DNA of 64,000 nucleotides, from positions 19,079,700 through 19,143,699 of the forward strand of contig OZ037768.1 in NCBI GenBank assembly GCA_964035545.1. Reading direction: 5' to 3'. How positions within the stretch are numbered: position 1 is the first letter of the stretch; each line of letters begins with the position of its first letter. The notes beneath the pieces are model-generated. The model was not told the origin of the DNA and did no database searches. It saw nothing but the letters and a program-made list of their open reading frames with translations. A program made the translations under genes and the position numbers. Positions 25,592 to 39,600 of the stretch are shown here, piece after piece. The stretch is from Bugula neritina. Its lineage: Eukaryota; Animalia; Bryozoa.

Positions 25592-28500
25592 CTATTTGTA
25601 TCTATCTAGTATAATGGACAACTGTAACATTAGATAATGAAATCGTACTTTAATCTCTTCTGTGAGCCCAGTCTGAGCGATTTCAGACAAGTCAAACACT
25701 GATATGTTCCGTTTGGTGTTTATATACATGAGTTTGTAGTCCTCAGCTCCAACTCTGGAGACAACCAGCTTTGTGTGATCATTGAAGAAGTTGGCCTACA
25801 ATAACCCATTAAAATTAACATTGACAAGAGGTATGTGCATTAATGGAGAAAAATCAAGAAAAGCTTGAGTTCTAGATTAGAAATGTTGCAAAGGAAGTTA
25901 TGTTTTTCAACCTGCGCCCCAAACTGAAATTTAATAACATTAAATTAAAAAGCTTAAGCTATTTCAATTTCTCCTCTACTGCTCCTAAATGATTGACTAT
26001 ACTGTGCAATACAGATGTAGAAAACAAACTCCAAATACAAATTGGTCTTGTTTAAAGCAATGGTTTCTCATACATTAAAAACAACCACCTTCTATCACTT
26101 AGTACTACAGATAAACCTGCCAACCTGTACAGTGCCTGTGCTGAGACAGATGACTATGCACTCCTTAGTTCTCAGCCAGTGTAGAATATAAATACTACTC
26201 AGGCCGTTCTTCTCCGTCACTAGTGACTTCCTGCTGACTTCCTTAGTGTGGTCTGCTATCTGACCTCCTATGATTAGTGCCTCATCCATGTACTTCACAA
26301 AGTAGTTCATCATCTGTGAATAAGAATGTTGAAGTCAGTAGAAATCATGTACTAATAATTAAAGTTTTCAATTATCATTTTTATGAACCAATTTTGACCA
26401 TCTTATAGCACATTAGTATATGTATCGAAGTTATACCATGATAGGCTACCAGAAAAGCAAAACTCCTGCATAAAAACCAAACTTGAAAGCTTTAAAACTG
26501 ACCAATAGCAAGAAAGAACAAAACATATGCATCAACTACCATGCACGGTCTACTTATCCACCACAAACAGTTCTCTCTAATAAACCAGCATATACTATGA
26601 ATGTGTCAGTCAGCACAAGTGATATGCACACAGGTAGCTGTTGGCAGCAGGCTTACCTTGAGTATACGCTGGTAAGTATCAGGAAGGTCTGAAGTTCTGC
26701 ACTCGACCAGCTCCTTGTGTGTTGAGTGTTGAAGACCAACATGGCTAAAACACAACAGCTACTATCTTAAATGTAGAACTGACTTTATGATGAAGATGTG
26801 ACAACTAGTTCATTTTCACCAAGCGCCACATGAATCACCAAGCAACGTTTGCACTTTGCACTGTTGCAGTATAACTTATTAAAGATAGTAAAAAATAATT
26901 TATATTTCCATGAAATTAAGCGCCGTTTTTAATAAGTTGACACTGAAATGCATTATTCGCAGTTTAAGGTAGCAGGTAACTCCATTTATGTCAACGCAAA
27001 TAGCAAACTGAGCGCAAGTTGAGACATTTGAAAGGCTGAAAGCAAATCTCGTGAATAAAAATGAAAAATGAGCCTTAACCTCTGATTGGCCAAGATTATA
27101 AATATAGTGAAAATCTGTTCACAGCAATTTTTAAAAAAACTTCCACGATTTGAATTAAGTTCTATGAAAAATAAACAAGTCTTAAAACAAATACTTACCC
27201 TTTATCAGTGCTGACGGCTATGCTGCACCCATCTGTTAGACTAGCACCATATATTTTGTTGGACAATTGAAATCCAAACCCATATTTGTGGGAGTAATCT
27301 ACCCACTTGGTTATCCATAGACAGTTTTTTGTTTTATGTGACTGAGGTGGATTTGATTTTGGAAATTTATCTATAAATTTAGTAAATGACACTATAATTG
27401 GAACAAATAAACAACTTTAGTAGAGACGTAATTCTGTATTCTATAAACTTGAGATCAAGCTAACTTTTTATAACCTACAATTTAAAGTTTCAATCAGACT
27501 CTTATAGGTAAGTGTAAGAATTTTTATTACCAAATTTTGTCATATTCAGCATAACATGACTCCAATACTAATCAATGTGAGGTACTATGATTGATCTGGA
27601 GTTTCGCAAAAAGACTAAGTTATGACAGTTTAAAGAGATTAGATAGTTGCAGCTTTGAAACAGTCTTAATAATAGATATTTCTTGTTTTAGTTTAATGTT
27701 TTTATGACCTAAACATTTTTTGTCTAAGAAATAAGAAGCTAAACTCCAAATTTAACCTAACAATGAAAGATACTGACCAAGCAGAAACTGCAATTTCTGT
27801 ATCAAACAATACTAACAGTTATTACAGATTAGGGTAATGAACCATAGTTACCTTTAATCTTTTGAAAGCATGTCTGTATAGCTACAAGGAGTTGCCTGTT
27901 CTCTAACACTACTGACTGATCAACTAAATTGGGGTCTTTACCACCTAAAAGTAATGCATCAATTATGGTGACATCATTGCAATATGGTGGAGTGGAATAA
28001 AATAATTAGTTTTTATGTAAAGTCCACAGCATAGAAGTATTAGAAAATAAGTTCTATACTTTAAAATTGATTATCCCAATTAGGATATATGCCACAGTTA
28101 TAATTAGTTTTATTTTCTGATTGAAATTGTTGATATTTTATGAGGTATTTAAGTCAATAGACTATATAAAATAGTTGAATTTTTTTAAGAGCCATAAAAT
28201 TTCTCTCTTGGAGTTCTCAAAAGTTTGGTACATTGACGCACTGAAACCTTGAAACACGACTTGAAACAGAACATGCACTAAAAAGACAATTTGTAAAAAT
28301 CTCTTTTTATTCGTTTTTTTAATTTTCTGCACTTTTTATAACATAACATACATATTAGTTTTTGTTGAGATAAAAAAGGTAGTTGAAGTCAAATTTTTGG
28401 GGGAGAAAATATTTTCATTACCGTTCCAGTAAATACCGATTTTTAAAAAACAAAATAAAAATTATTTAATGTTAAGTGGATAAAAAGAGAGCACATGACA

Positions 28501-31500
28501 GCAGTATTATAATAGTATTGCAGATAGTATCTCAAAACTACAACACTTGGTATTGTAGCACCGCACTGTCTCAACACCACATAAAGATATACCCAAAAAG
28601 ATACCAGAAAAGTTACCTTCAGCACAAATGACTTGGTCTTCTATAGTCTCTATGAAATACTCAACTGCACTAATAATTTTGTTTCCCCTTCCATCAAGTT
28701 GCTCCTTTTGACTGCAAATAGTCAAAACTCACTATTAACTCACAATATTGCTATATTACTGATAAATTACTCTGGTGTATCTCTACGGGAAGCAAAAAAG
28801 ATTTTCATCACTAAATGGCTAGCTCTAAGCGTAACTATATTTTCAAATAATTATAATACTATGAATATGAACCATAGAGTTTAAAAACTAGAGTTGAATT
28901 CAAAAATAATATGCTTTGAATCAAAATTATATATTTGCAAAACTTCAAATTTATATTATAAAGCTATACCCTTGCCCATCTGCAAACTGTGGGGGAGAGT
29001 TGGCTGCGCTGAGAGGTAAAGAGGGTGGAATGAATCCATCTGTAAGAAACCCAGACTTCTCTAACTCAGCCATGTCTGGTCTGTGCTGTGATAAAAAGAA
29101 AAACAGCTAAATATTGTTTAGAGATCAATTTTTGACTAATCATTGCAAGTCAGAGTAACTTAATACCCATTCAAACAAGCGTTTCTCCATTTGTTGGAAA
29201 ATAAAAAAACACTTTGCATTACTTGGGATTGAAATAACAGTTTCTTTTTATAATATAAAAAAAATATAAAAAATATTACTAATCTCACTATGTTGCAAAA
29301 GCACAGTCATCGGCATGCTACACTGAGTGGATAACTCTTGAAAAATTCTCAAAGTCTTAGTACTTTATGATGGGTTTGGAATGCATGAATAATGCAATTT
29401 CAAGTATTGACTTAGAAGTTTGAAGGAGTGACACAGCAATTATTATAATTATAAAACATCTTTTAAATCTAAATGTAAAGCTGCAGCTGCGAGTTAGTGT
29501 TAGTACCACTCACTGTTGGTTGAACTTGGAGACAGCTTTTCACAAAGTGTCTTGCATTGACTGAGGCATGGGAAGGTTCTGTGTATTTCCCCTTAGAAAT
29601 CATTTTATAAGTATCTTTAAGAGTTTGAGTTTCAAAGGGAGGTCGCCCAGACATCAGTGCATGTCTACAAAACAGCAAATAGCAAAATGAAAACTATTTT
29701 GTTTAATTAGACTAATGAGCTAAGGACTCTGCCAAAAAGTTTTTGCAAAAACTCAGTGGGAAAACTTTTTTGAATTTCTTAAAACCTCACTTGTAGATTA
29801 AATTACTAATTACGGATCATATATTGATTAGCCAAGTAGATAAATACCTATCATTTCTCAGAAATATTTTTGTTTATGATCATGCTTGTTGATAACAAAA
29901 AATATTTTAAAACTAGGTGTTGTATTAACATATGCCAATACATTGTGTACATAATATATCAATTTTACTGACTTTTAGAAGAACTCATTTATAGTAGACT
30001 AGAAAACATAAATATTTCAGGATTTTATTGCCTACTTGCAGCAGTTAGCAAATTAAATTTATACTGACCAGGGAAATTTTACTGAGAGTGATGCCCTTTA
30101 ACCCTGTGATGTTACCTAGCAGCAACATTACTACCTTCAACAGTAGCTAATTACCAAATTAATTAAGTTTGAGCTCAAAAATATTTTACATCAAATACAA
30201 GAAGGAGTAATATATGGTAACATACACAATGCAGCCCACAGCCCACACATCCGCAGGGTATGAATGGCCAGACTTTTGGATGACTTCTGGTGAAATGTAG
30301 TTTGGAGTGCCACATATAGATCTACAGTAGAATAATGGTTTTACTTTCTGTACATCACTGTTATGGGCCTAAATCATCGCCAAAAGAGTTGATAAAAGGT
30401 TATATTGCATACTAGAAACTGTATAGCTAAACATACATAAGTAGGTAGTACCTGTTACAAACTGTATAGCTAAACATACATAAGTAGGTAGTACCTGTTA
30501 CAAACAGGTTTCATCATCGTCATGTGATATGATAAATATCATAATGTTAAGGCATGCAGAGATATGCCAAACAATTGACATATGTTTAAGTCATATCTGT
30601 TCACTCCCAGAGTTCAAATACTGACCCATTAGAGCCTGCCTGACCTGCTGATGCTGGCTGATAGGGTTTGTATATCTCTTAATGTAAGCTGGTATTAAGA
30701 TAAAATACCCATTGCTAATAAAATGCACACAACTAGATAATCTGTAAAATGTACATTTCTATTATCACTAAGTTGTCAGTTATACATAATGATGTGATAA
30801 CAAGGGCACAGATAAACTCATTTAGTGTTTCAATCTTGTGTATTGAGATACCTTCATCTCAACAACGCAGATTTCACAGATTACATGTGGGTTAATTTTT
30901 GGTCAGGTCAGTCCTTACAACAACAAAAACAAAAGTGTTGATATCAAAAGTCATTTTGAAAATTTTGCCCTATATATAATTGAAGTTTCAAAGAGTTGAA
31001 AGCTTCCAGGTATTAGCATAGAGTCTAGTGAGCATATGTGACTTAACACACTGTCTGTATGTAAAATAGAGCCAAATGCACTTTAAATACAAAAACTAGA
31101 AAGTCAAACTTAAAAAGTGATACAAGTTTATACCTAAGAGTAGGACGTTCCGGAAACTTATGTGTCACATCTTTAAACAATTTAAAAATACCGTAACTTA
31201 ATCTGGTTAGTTTTCAAGAAGGTCTTGCATTTAATGATGAAATAAAACCCATCAGTTATTGCTGCAAGCTTTTTCTTTTATATAAACAGAATTTTACAAA
31301 AAATGACAAATTTGGACTGAAGAAGCAAAGATTTCACTCTTAAGGAAATATACAAATAGATTGGTAGTTACAAAGAAAGTGAAACATATGACTGATAAGG
31401 TTTAGCCTCATGTCACCAGAGGGAGCAGTCAGATAAATCTAGTGCTTACACTAACACAAGCTAGAGTTAGAGTAGGTAGGTGTATGCTTACTCTTTCTTG

Positions 31501-31634
31501 TCATAGTGTCCTTTCAGGATAGTCGACAGTCCGAAGTCAGCAATCTTTAGAACCATGTGATCATTTATCAAGAGATTGCTTAGCTTTAGATCTCTGTGTA
31601 CAATTCCATGACTGTGAATGTGCTTGCATCCTGT

Positions 31635-31677
<43 letters not shown>

Positions 31678-31695
31678 AATCTGTGGACAGCAGCT

Positions 31696-31759
<64 letters not shown>

Positions 31760-34700
31760 AAATTTGTGCAAAGTAAATTATATTACAACATTATCATTGT
31801 GTAGAGCTCAATTACATCAACTATAATACTATATATTATAGCACTGCTTACACAATGACTCCTCTCTCCATATAATATATACATATATACACCTAAATTT
31901 ATTATATGTATGCAACTGGTTCTTCGATCTCTATAAGATATTTTGGATAGAATGTGAGGCTATTTGATTGGAGAGTAAAGTCATGGCCATGATTTATTCC
32001 TTGCTTTATACGAAACTTATAATAGCTTTGGTGAAAGCATGACATCAAAAAACTTATACATATTCATATGCAGCAGCACTATGTTTATATACAGAGAACA
32101 CCGAGACTAATGAGGCTGTACTTTATAAATTAATGTCATTTATTTACCTGCAAGGATCTGTTGAAGGTAATATCGCACTTCACACTCTGTTATAGTCTGT
32201 CTAGTTTTTAAAATACTGCTTAGAGTCTAAAATGCAGAACTTATGTAGCATGCAAAGCATAATCAACGCTTTTTACTAACATCTGCTTATCATAGAATCA
32301 ACATTTCTCACTTTTTTATATTTAAGCTTTATTGCCAAAACATGTGAACTTTTAAAAGAACACATAGATCAACTTCTGCAAAAGGAACAGCATTATTCAA
32401 TTAAATACGCACTCTGACTATCTTGAAACTTTTTGAATATATACATGATGCCAACTCTAAAACATACCATAGTGCCACAAAACTCCATAACCAGGTACAC
32501 AAACTTTTCATCTTGAAAATGTTTGATAAATTCCACAACATTTCTGTGTTGTAACCTTCTGTGGATGTCAATTTCCCTGGCAACCTGTAACAGACAGACG
32601 GCTATCAGTATTCTCTCTAAAACCAATGCTTTGGAAAATATTTTTACTTCAAAGAGTAGTGGTTGTATAAAAAGTTGGCTAGCAGTTGAACGTCATGCCA
32701 AAATAAAAATACTATGACGTAGTTGATTAAAAGATGCTGTAACTGACGAACTATTAGCATTACTTTGTGTATTTGAACTCCTTTATCTTGAATGCATATT
32801 TACTTTTGGCTAAACCAATAAATTGACTATAAAATGCTAATCATGAACTAGAGTTGCTGGGATGCAGAGTTCAGAAGTGTATAGGCGCTGAAGTTTACAA
32901 ATTAAAAAACAGTTTTCACATGTGTTGGGAATCAATTTTTTGTTAGAAACTAAAGCAATTCGTTGGTTTTGAATAAAAAATTACTTATAAAGATTACACA
33001 AAAATTGTTTGTGAGTATATATTAGCTTTTCCCCATATAAATGTAATCTGCAGAAGGATGACCTTTATAGACTCTTAGGCTATAAGAGAACTAAGACTAG
33101 GCTTTTTCTTGTGACTACAATTACAGTCACCAGGCTTAGCTTGCCTTTGATAATAAACAAAGAAGGTTATATTCAATGTCTGCAAAATCATTCATGTCAC
33201 ACGAGCATAAAAGTCTAGCAGAATCTTAACCTATACATATCCTGTGCAAAGCAATTGACTAAAATATAGTGGATTGTATAGAATATTCAGCAAAACACAA
33301 CAACTTATAGAATATTGATCATGAGAGAGTAGGCTACTGCAATGTTTATAGTACGACTTCGGCATTGTATTCAAAAGGCAAAGCCATTTGCATTTTAATC
33401 AATGGTTTGTGTGCTTGCTGCTAGGGTATTAGTTTACAAGCTATGAAACTGCATCTAACAGACAGAAAATGGCAGTAAATAGGCAGTACATAGGCAACTA
33501 GTGCACTCACTAGAGGTTTGAATAGAAATCATTGAATAATTTAGAGATTGCACTTGTTTGTATTATCTTTGCTAATTTTGAAGTACCCGGAATAGAAGGG
33601 ACTGAATGAATGTGTGAGTCAGCTGCTCATTGTAACCCACAGGCTATAAACTAGCAGACAGATGAGGGGAGGGGTGCTGGCCTCGCCTACCTTGTCCCTT
33701 TTTTCAGGTTTTGTTAGAGTTCTCTTAGCTATGATTTTTATAGCCATCAGGTCATCATCTCTATCGTGTAGTCTGTAGACCTTGGCAAAGCCACCCTAAA
33801 GTTATAAAGAATCTTTATGCAGTGTATAGATAGATAGAATTGAAAGTTGCAAGTTTTAATTTCCTTCCATTTACAGGTAATGAAGCTATCTCAACAAATT
33901 CACTCATGAAACATGACATGTAAATATTATTATGATCTTGTTTATTGATATGTGGAGAAAGATATACAGATCTACGATTGGTTCCACATTGATATGTAAA
34001 ACTTTAGTGTTCAGTTAAACCACAGTACCATAAATGAACTTACTTACATGCCACTACATATACACTTACATATGTGGCACTATATATATATACACTTACA
34101 TACACTTACATGGCACTACAAACACACATAAATACATGGCACTATAAACACACATACATGCACTTACCTTGCCTAGTATTTGACTAACGGTGTATGCATT
34201 CTTATCCTCGTCTGTGATTTTCACACTTTTCTGCTTGCTACCGTAGTCACCAAATGTTTCCAATACGTCACATGTCAGCTTTGATGTAAAACTTCTGTGA
34301 GATTCTTTAACATTGATAGGCTCTTTTACATCAGCCACAGTCTTCCATTTATGAGATTTCGTCTTCGTCTAGATGCAATTGATGTCAATACTTTAAGCAG
34401 GGTAACTAAATTAGTCAACTAAATGGTGACAGTCTGTGAATGTTTACTTACTGTTTACATTACATCTTGGAGATGATAAACAAACTGGTCAAATAAGTTG
34501 AAAACAATTTCAAAGTTTCAAAACCTAAATATAACAGCAGAAGCCTCTATTTTAACAATTTAATTCAATCATTCAAAGTGATATCTGATTATTAATGAAT
34601 TCTTTTCAAGGAGGGGGATTATTTTTCAGAAATCAATGATTCGAAGTTAATACCAAAGTATCATAACTGCATTTATTTAGTGTGCTAATTGTTGCTATGG

Positions 34701-35575
34701 TTATGAAGGTCTAAAAGGGTCACACTTTCTATTACAAAAAGGACAATCTGGCTTTATACTGGTACTTCCAAATGAGTCAACTAGCTCATCAGAACAACTG
34801 AAAACAACTGTTAGCACTTCACATTATACTAAAACTAGTTTTGCTCCCTAAACGTGTAATGTGGCTGTAGTCAGTATAGAAGTAGATTGAAGCTATGCAT
34901 GATAAGTTATTACCATTTTATTACTATTTACAAATGCAAGTAGATAACCAAACATTTACTATCACTGTATTAACAGAATGATTAAATGCTATAAAAAGCT
35001 ATTCTACACCCTATATGTAAATACAGTACCTAGTTACTTGCTAGCACTAATTTGCTATAATGCCTAATCTTATTCTAGTTTTGTATTTAATGTAATAGTG
35101 GTTATGCTGTTGCTAGCCAGCAATAACTTTCGCATTCCACACATTTCTGCAAGATATATCCCTAAATATATCATGAGTGTGAAGTTACTATTACCATATT
35201 GATTAGCATCTTAAAATATTCCTGTCTATTTAAACTTGATAGGTGCAAGGGTTTGTTGACAAAAACAGCACCTTTAAAAGTTAGCCTAAGGCCTAAGTAC
35301 TAACATTATATTGGAAAGTTACAATTTTTTGAAGATCAGTTTAAAAATATTTGCTAATTTTACTTCCAAAATAAAAATTTGACGGTATTGCTGTTTTTGG
35401 GTATAAAAATTATTTTAAATGTTATAAATAGTTGCTTGAGTTTTCATAAAACAATACATCCTGTAAATATATTAAATATTATGATAAAACTTACATATAT
35501 ATTTAAATCACTTGCAAACTGTGTTGGCTGAAGAACCTTGTTGGGAAACACATCTGAGGTCCTGTGGATATCCAT
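25592..35575 (-). CDS. Polo-like Ser/Thr kinase (kinase domain plus two polo boxes), divergent PLK1-type, 15 exons, ~641 aa
   Basis: Exons in transcript order: 35575-35495, 34368-34168, 33795-33691, 32584-32468, 32226-32148, 31630-31492, 30321-30226, 29664-29514, 29085-28970, 28711-28617, 27944-27852, 27370-27199, 26744-26657, 26313-26125, 25795-25592 (1926 nt, phases consistent). Motifs: [62 protein letters not shown], polo box 1 [19 protein letters not shown], polo box 2 [27 protein letters not shown]. The first exon is less certain. Confidence 0.9.
25834..25985. mobile_element. MITE (family A, copy 2) in the last kinase intron
   Basis: Shares GTTCTAGATTAGAAATGT..AAGTTATGTT..TTCAACCTGC.CCCCAAAC with 1907-2069; TA flanks. 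Confidence 0.65.
30416..30501. repeat. Perfect 43-bp tandem duplication in a kinase intron
   Basis: AAACTGTATAGCTAAACATACATAAGTAGGTAGTACCTGTTAC x2. Confidence 0.92.
31638..31755. repeat. Two (TA)n tracts adjacent to the kinase exon 6 acceptor
   Basis: Directly visible. Confidence 0.92.
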
Positions 35576-36259
35576 ATATGTATCTAGATTTCTCTTCTCT
35601 GCAAATCAGTTCCACAAATGTTAAGAGAAAAACTTGCTATTGTTATACAGTTGAAATATCTTCCTTTCAGTTGTAGAACAATTTTTCAACAATTTATATA
35701 ACAGCTAGCAGTATGATTTGAAGCTTTTTCTACCAAAGGTAGCTATAATTAGAAAAGCTGTACTTTGATTAAAGCTTATTGCAGAGGAAATATGTAGTAA
35801 ATTTTAATGAAAATTACACCATATCGCTCGCAGCTGTTCTCCCTAGGAGCTGTTCCAAATCCTTTACTTGGTTTAGCAAATACTCTGCTTTTGTACAAAG
35901 CATGCTTATAGTTATGAGTAAAAGATACGAGTCAAGAAGTCTACTTTACTTATAAAACAAAAAAAATGGCAATATAATTATCCTTTATGTTTAAGCCTAC
36001 TATGATAGAAATAAGATACAAACCATGCAATCACAAAGTCAATCTGCTGAATTGGCAGTTTTCAAGTTGAAGACAGCCACTATTGAGTTTGAGATTGGCA
36101 GCAAAATTGTAATAATCAACTACATGTCGTTGCGGTAGATGCAATGCACCTATTGACTAATGCAAGCTAATAACGCGCAGTGAAATCCCTTCTGCATTGA
36201 CTAGCTTACAGCACCTATTATTTCAATAGGAAAGTTTCGTTGTTAGGAATAACGATCTT

Positions 36260-36608
36260 ACTTTAATCACTCCCGCTAAAAACGAATATCTAGACTAAAT
36301 CCGCGCCTTCTTATTTAGTACGAGCTTATCGAAATGAACAAAATTATAATTCTCAAGAGTTGTTTGTTTTATTTTACAACTTAAAAAACAGTGCGTGTAA
36401 AACACTGCTAAATTTTGATTAAAATATTTTTTATTTGTAGATCAAGAAGTTGTAGCCAATGATGATAACTATAAAGTACTGTGTATAGAACTAAGGAGAT
36501 TGTATTTCTCTTTTCCTCACTTAGAGGGACGCTTAATATTACTAACATATATGTAGCACAGTTGTTATAGAGACAATCACATGGCTATACAGTAGGAGTA
36601 TATGCAAA
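36260..36608. promoter_or_regulatory. Putative bidirectional promoter between the kinase (-) and annexin (+) genes
   Basis: Head-to-head genes with start codons about 1 kb apart. Local CpG enrichment (TCCCGC, CCGCGCC), CCAAT at ~36456, and a possible minus-strand UTR-exon donor (TCTTAC) at ~36256-36261. Confidence 0.45.
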
Positions 36609-39600
36609 ATGGCGAAAACAAGATTCTACCAGGTCGGTCTCTATAATTTCATTTTGAATTACTCAACCTAGTCGAAAATTTTAGTTTTGCTAATTTTTAA
36701 TATATTTTAGCTTTAGTGTAGTCAAATTGCTTTGAAATATTTGTGGTTTTGAACAAAATACGATTATGAATTATTAATATTATTAAATTTCAAATTAAGT
36801 TTGATGTTATACTTGAGTCTTGAAGTTATTGTTGAAGTTAAAGTTAATGTAAATGAGTCGATGTAACATTCACTTCAACTTCAAGTTCAACTTGTAGCTC
36901 CTGCCTTATACTCATAAGTCATACTGTTGTAGTTGTTGCTTAAATTTGAACTTGAAGCCTAAAGTTGGTAAAATTAAATTAAAATTTTAAAATTAGATGA
37001 TCATGATGAATATTTCAATTTGAAATGAACAATTTGGACTTTAAATATATTAATAATTAGTAGCAACAATAAATATAATTAAATAACATGACCATGTTTT
37101 AATTGCTAATTAGTAATCACTATTAGGACTTAAATAGCAAAAGCACAAAAATGATTAATATAACAAAAACTGTTTATTCACAAAAAGTGATAAATCCTGT
37201 AAGTATAAATATAAGTTGATTTTCTTGTTTTATTGTTTTTGAAAAAATATCATAATGGATATATACTACCTATTTACAGTTTCTAAAAAGCATAGTATGG
37301 GTACTAATTCAACGTTAGTTTTTACTTTTAATTAATTTGACCCAAGTTATATTTAATTCAGGTCATTGTACTGTACACTTTTATTTGTCATTGACTGAGG
37401 TTAATTTTAGAACCTAGCAAATTTTCTAGATTAAGTTCTTAATTAATTTATTTTCAGGGTACAATCCGAGCTGCTGAAGAGTTCGATGCAGAACGTCAAG
37501 CAGAACTTTTGCAGAAAGCAATGAAAGGGCTGGGTGAGTGGTTTAACACAACTTATCACTCTTACGGACAATGCAATGTCATTGCCTTTCAAAACAAAAA
37601 AAAAAGAATAAGAAAATAGATCTGCTGCAAAATTAATGTTTTTTTTTAAATTATGTGAAATTATACCAGTATATTGTTTAGTATGTCAAGTGTAGTTATT
37701 TTATAGAACCAATGCTGATTGAGTTGCAAGTTATGTGTGGGACACCGTACTGCCTAGTTATGGTTAGTTGGCAATCAAGTCTAGTGCCACAATTTATAGG
37801 TAGTTGAATTTTGTTGTCAAAGATGCAGTCCTAGCAGAACGTGACTAGTTCACTAGTTTCCAAACTTGATTCTTTGGTGGTGAAGTATCATAACAGAGTA
37901 CTGTAACTATTACATCGGATTACAGGAACTGATGAGAGAAGGATAAAGCAGGTCTTGGTGTCTCATAACAATGACCAGAGGCAAGAGATTGCTGCCAAAT
38001 ATAAACAGATGTATGGGGAAGTAAGTCAGATAATCTCAATACTGATAACATGTGGCTTAGTTTAAACATAGAAAATTTAGGATATTTAAAAAGTTTTAAA
38101 AATATTTGATTTTGAATCTTCAAATTTCATTTAGTACTGGCGTTCAAGCGTTAAGTAAATGGGATACTGCTCTTATTGCTGAAATCGAATTTTGATAACT
38201 GGTCAACACTCAATTGAGAAAGGCTGAACAACAATGTTGTAAATGATACAAATTTCAAAGTTTTTTGCTTCAACTGTAGTTATTTACACAGATAATTCTA
38301 ATTGCTGAATACCATTTGCTCCATCTTCTTATGGCCTATGCAATGTGTGCAGCATACCGAATTTTTCAAAACTGGAAGTGAAAAATGATAAAAAATCAAA
38401 TTTGATACACCTTTTGCACAAACCTATTGATACATATCAATGGTTAGCTTGCTTTAAGTTACAGTTTGATATAGATCATCATGCTAGCATGATTATTTGT
38501 AATTGTGCTCTCTTAACACATGGTCGAGCTGTTTATTCTGAGTAACTGTTTCAGACTAAAACAAATGTCTGCTCATAAGAGTCTTGTGTCTAACATTTAA
38601 ACCATTTTGAAATGGCTAGACTCACCTGTACTCTATTGCTGATACTAATAAATGTATCGATACATGCATAGAAATAGGCCACTTTATGTTTCATGAGTAA
38701 TCGTTATTGTCAGAGGCTCCAATTTACAGACAGATGTGATCATATGAAGCAATTCTGTGTGTGAACATTGTATGAGGCTTTTCCTGCCCAATGGCTAGAT
38801 ATGCTTACCCTGTCCAATAATTCTATAAGTTTCTTCATTTAATTTTTAGGATCTCGTAAAACAGTTGAAGTCAGAGCTGTCTGGTTGCTTTGAGGACGCC
38901 GTGCTGGCTCTTTTAATACCTTCACGGAAATATGATGCTATTAATGTCAGAAAAGCTGTCAAGGTTAGTTAGTCTACGTAAACTGCAATACTACAGGAGT
39001 CTACTCAACTCTACTTGTATAATTTATTTATTTCTAGTGATTTTTTTCTAAAAGAAATTTAATTAATAACCAACATAAAGATTTAAGGGTTTTATGTGGC
39101 TTTGCTTTTAGCTAAAAATTGAAACATACAAACAAAGTTATGAATAACTATATTTGGGTAGAATACCTTAAAAATATAGTGATATGATTTTCAATACATT
39201 AATTTATATTTGTTGGCAGCTAATATTTAGTGCAGACTTAAGGCTAAACATAGCATTTTGGAAAATTTAACGTTAATCATTTCATTTTTGAATTGCCTTC
39301 CATTGGTCGAAATACAAGGAAAGGCAGTTAGAACACTAGGGAAATTCTTGTTTTTATAAAATTTGTTCAACTTATGGAAGATCCAAAAACAGTTTTAGCA
39401 AATTAGTAAAGCTTTAGCTAAAAAATTCAATCTTCAAAGCGTAAGCAGTAAAAATTTGGAAAAAAAACTTAATATAGTTATTGGTAATTGTTATATTTTA
39501 TTATCTAGTTAAACTTCATAAATAAAATAGATTTCGTTATTAATTTTATCCGGTTACTTTAACTCCAATGTAAAAGAATACTATTTCAAATGAGCAAAAT

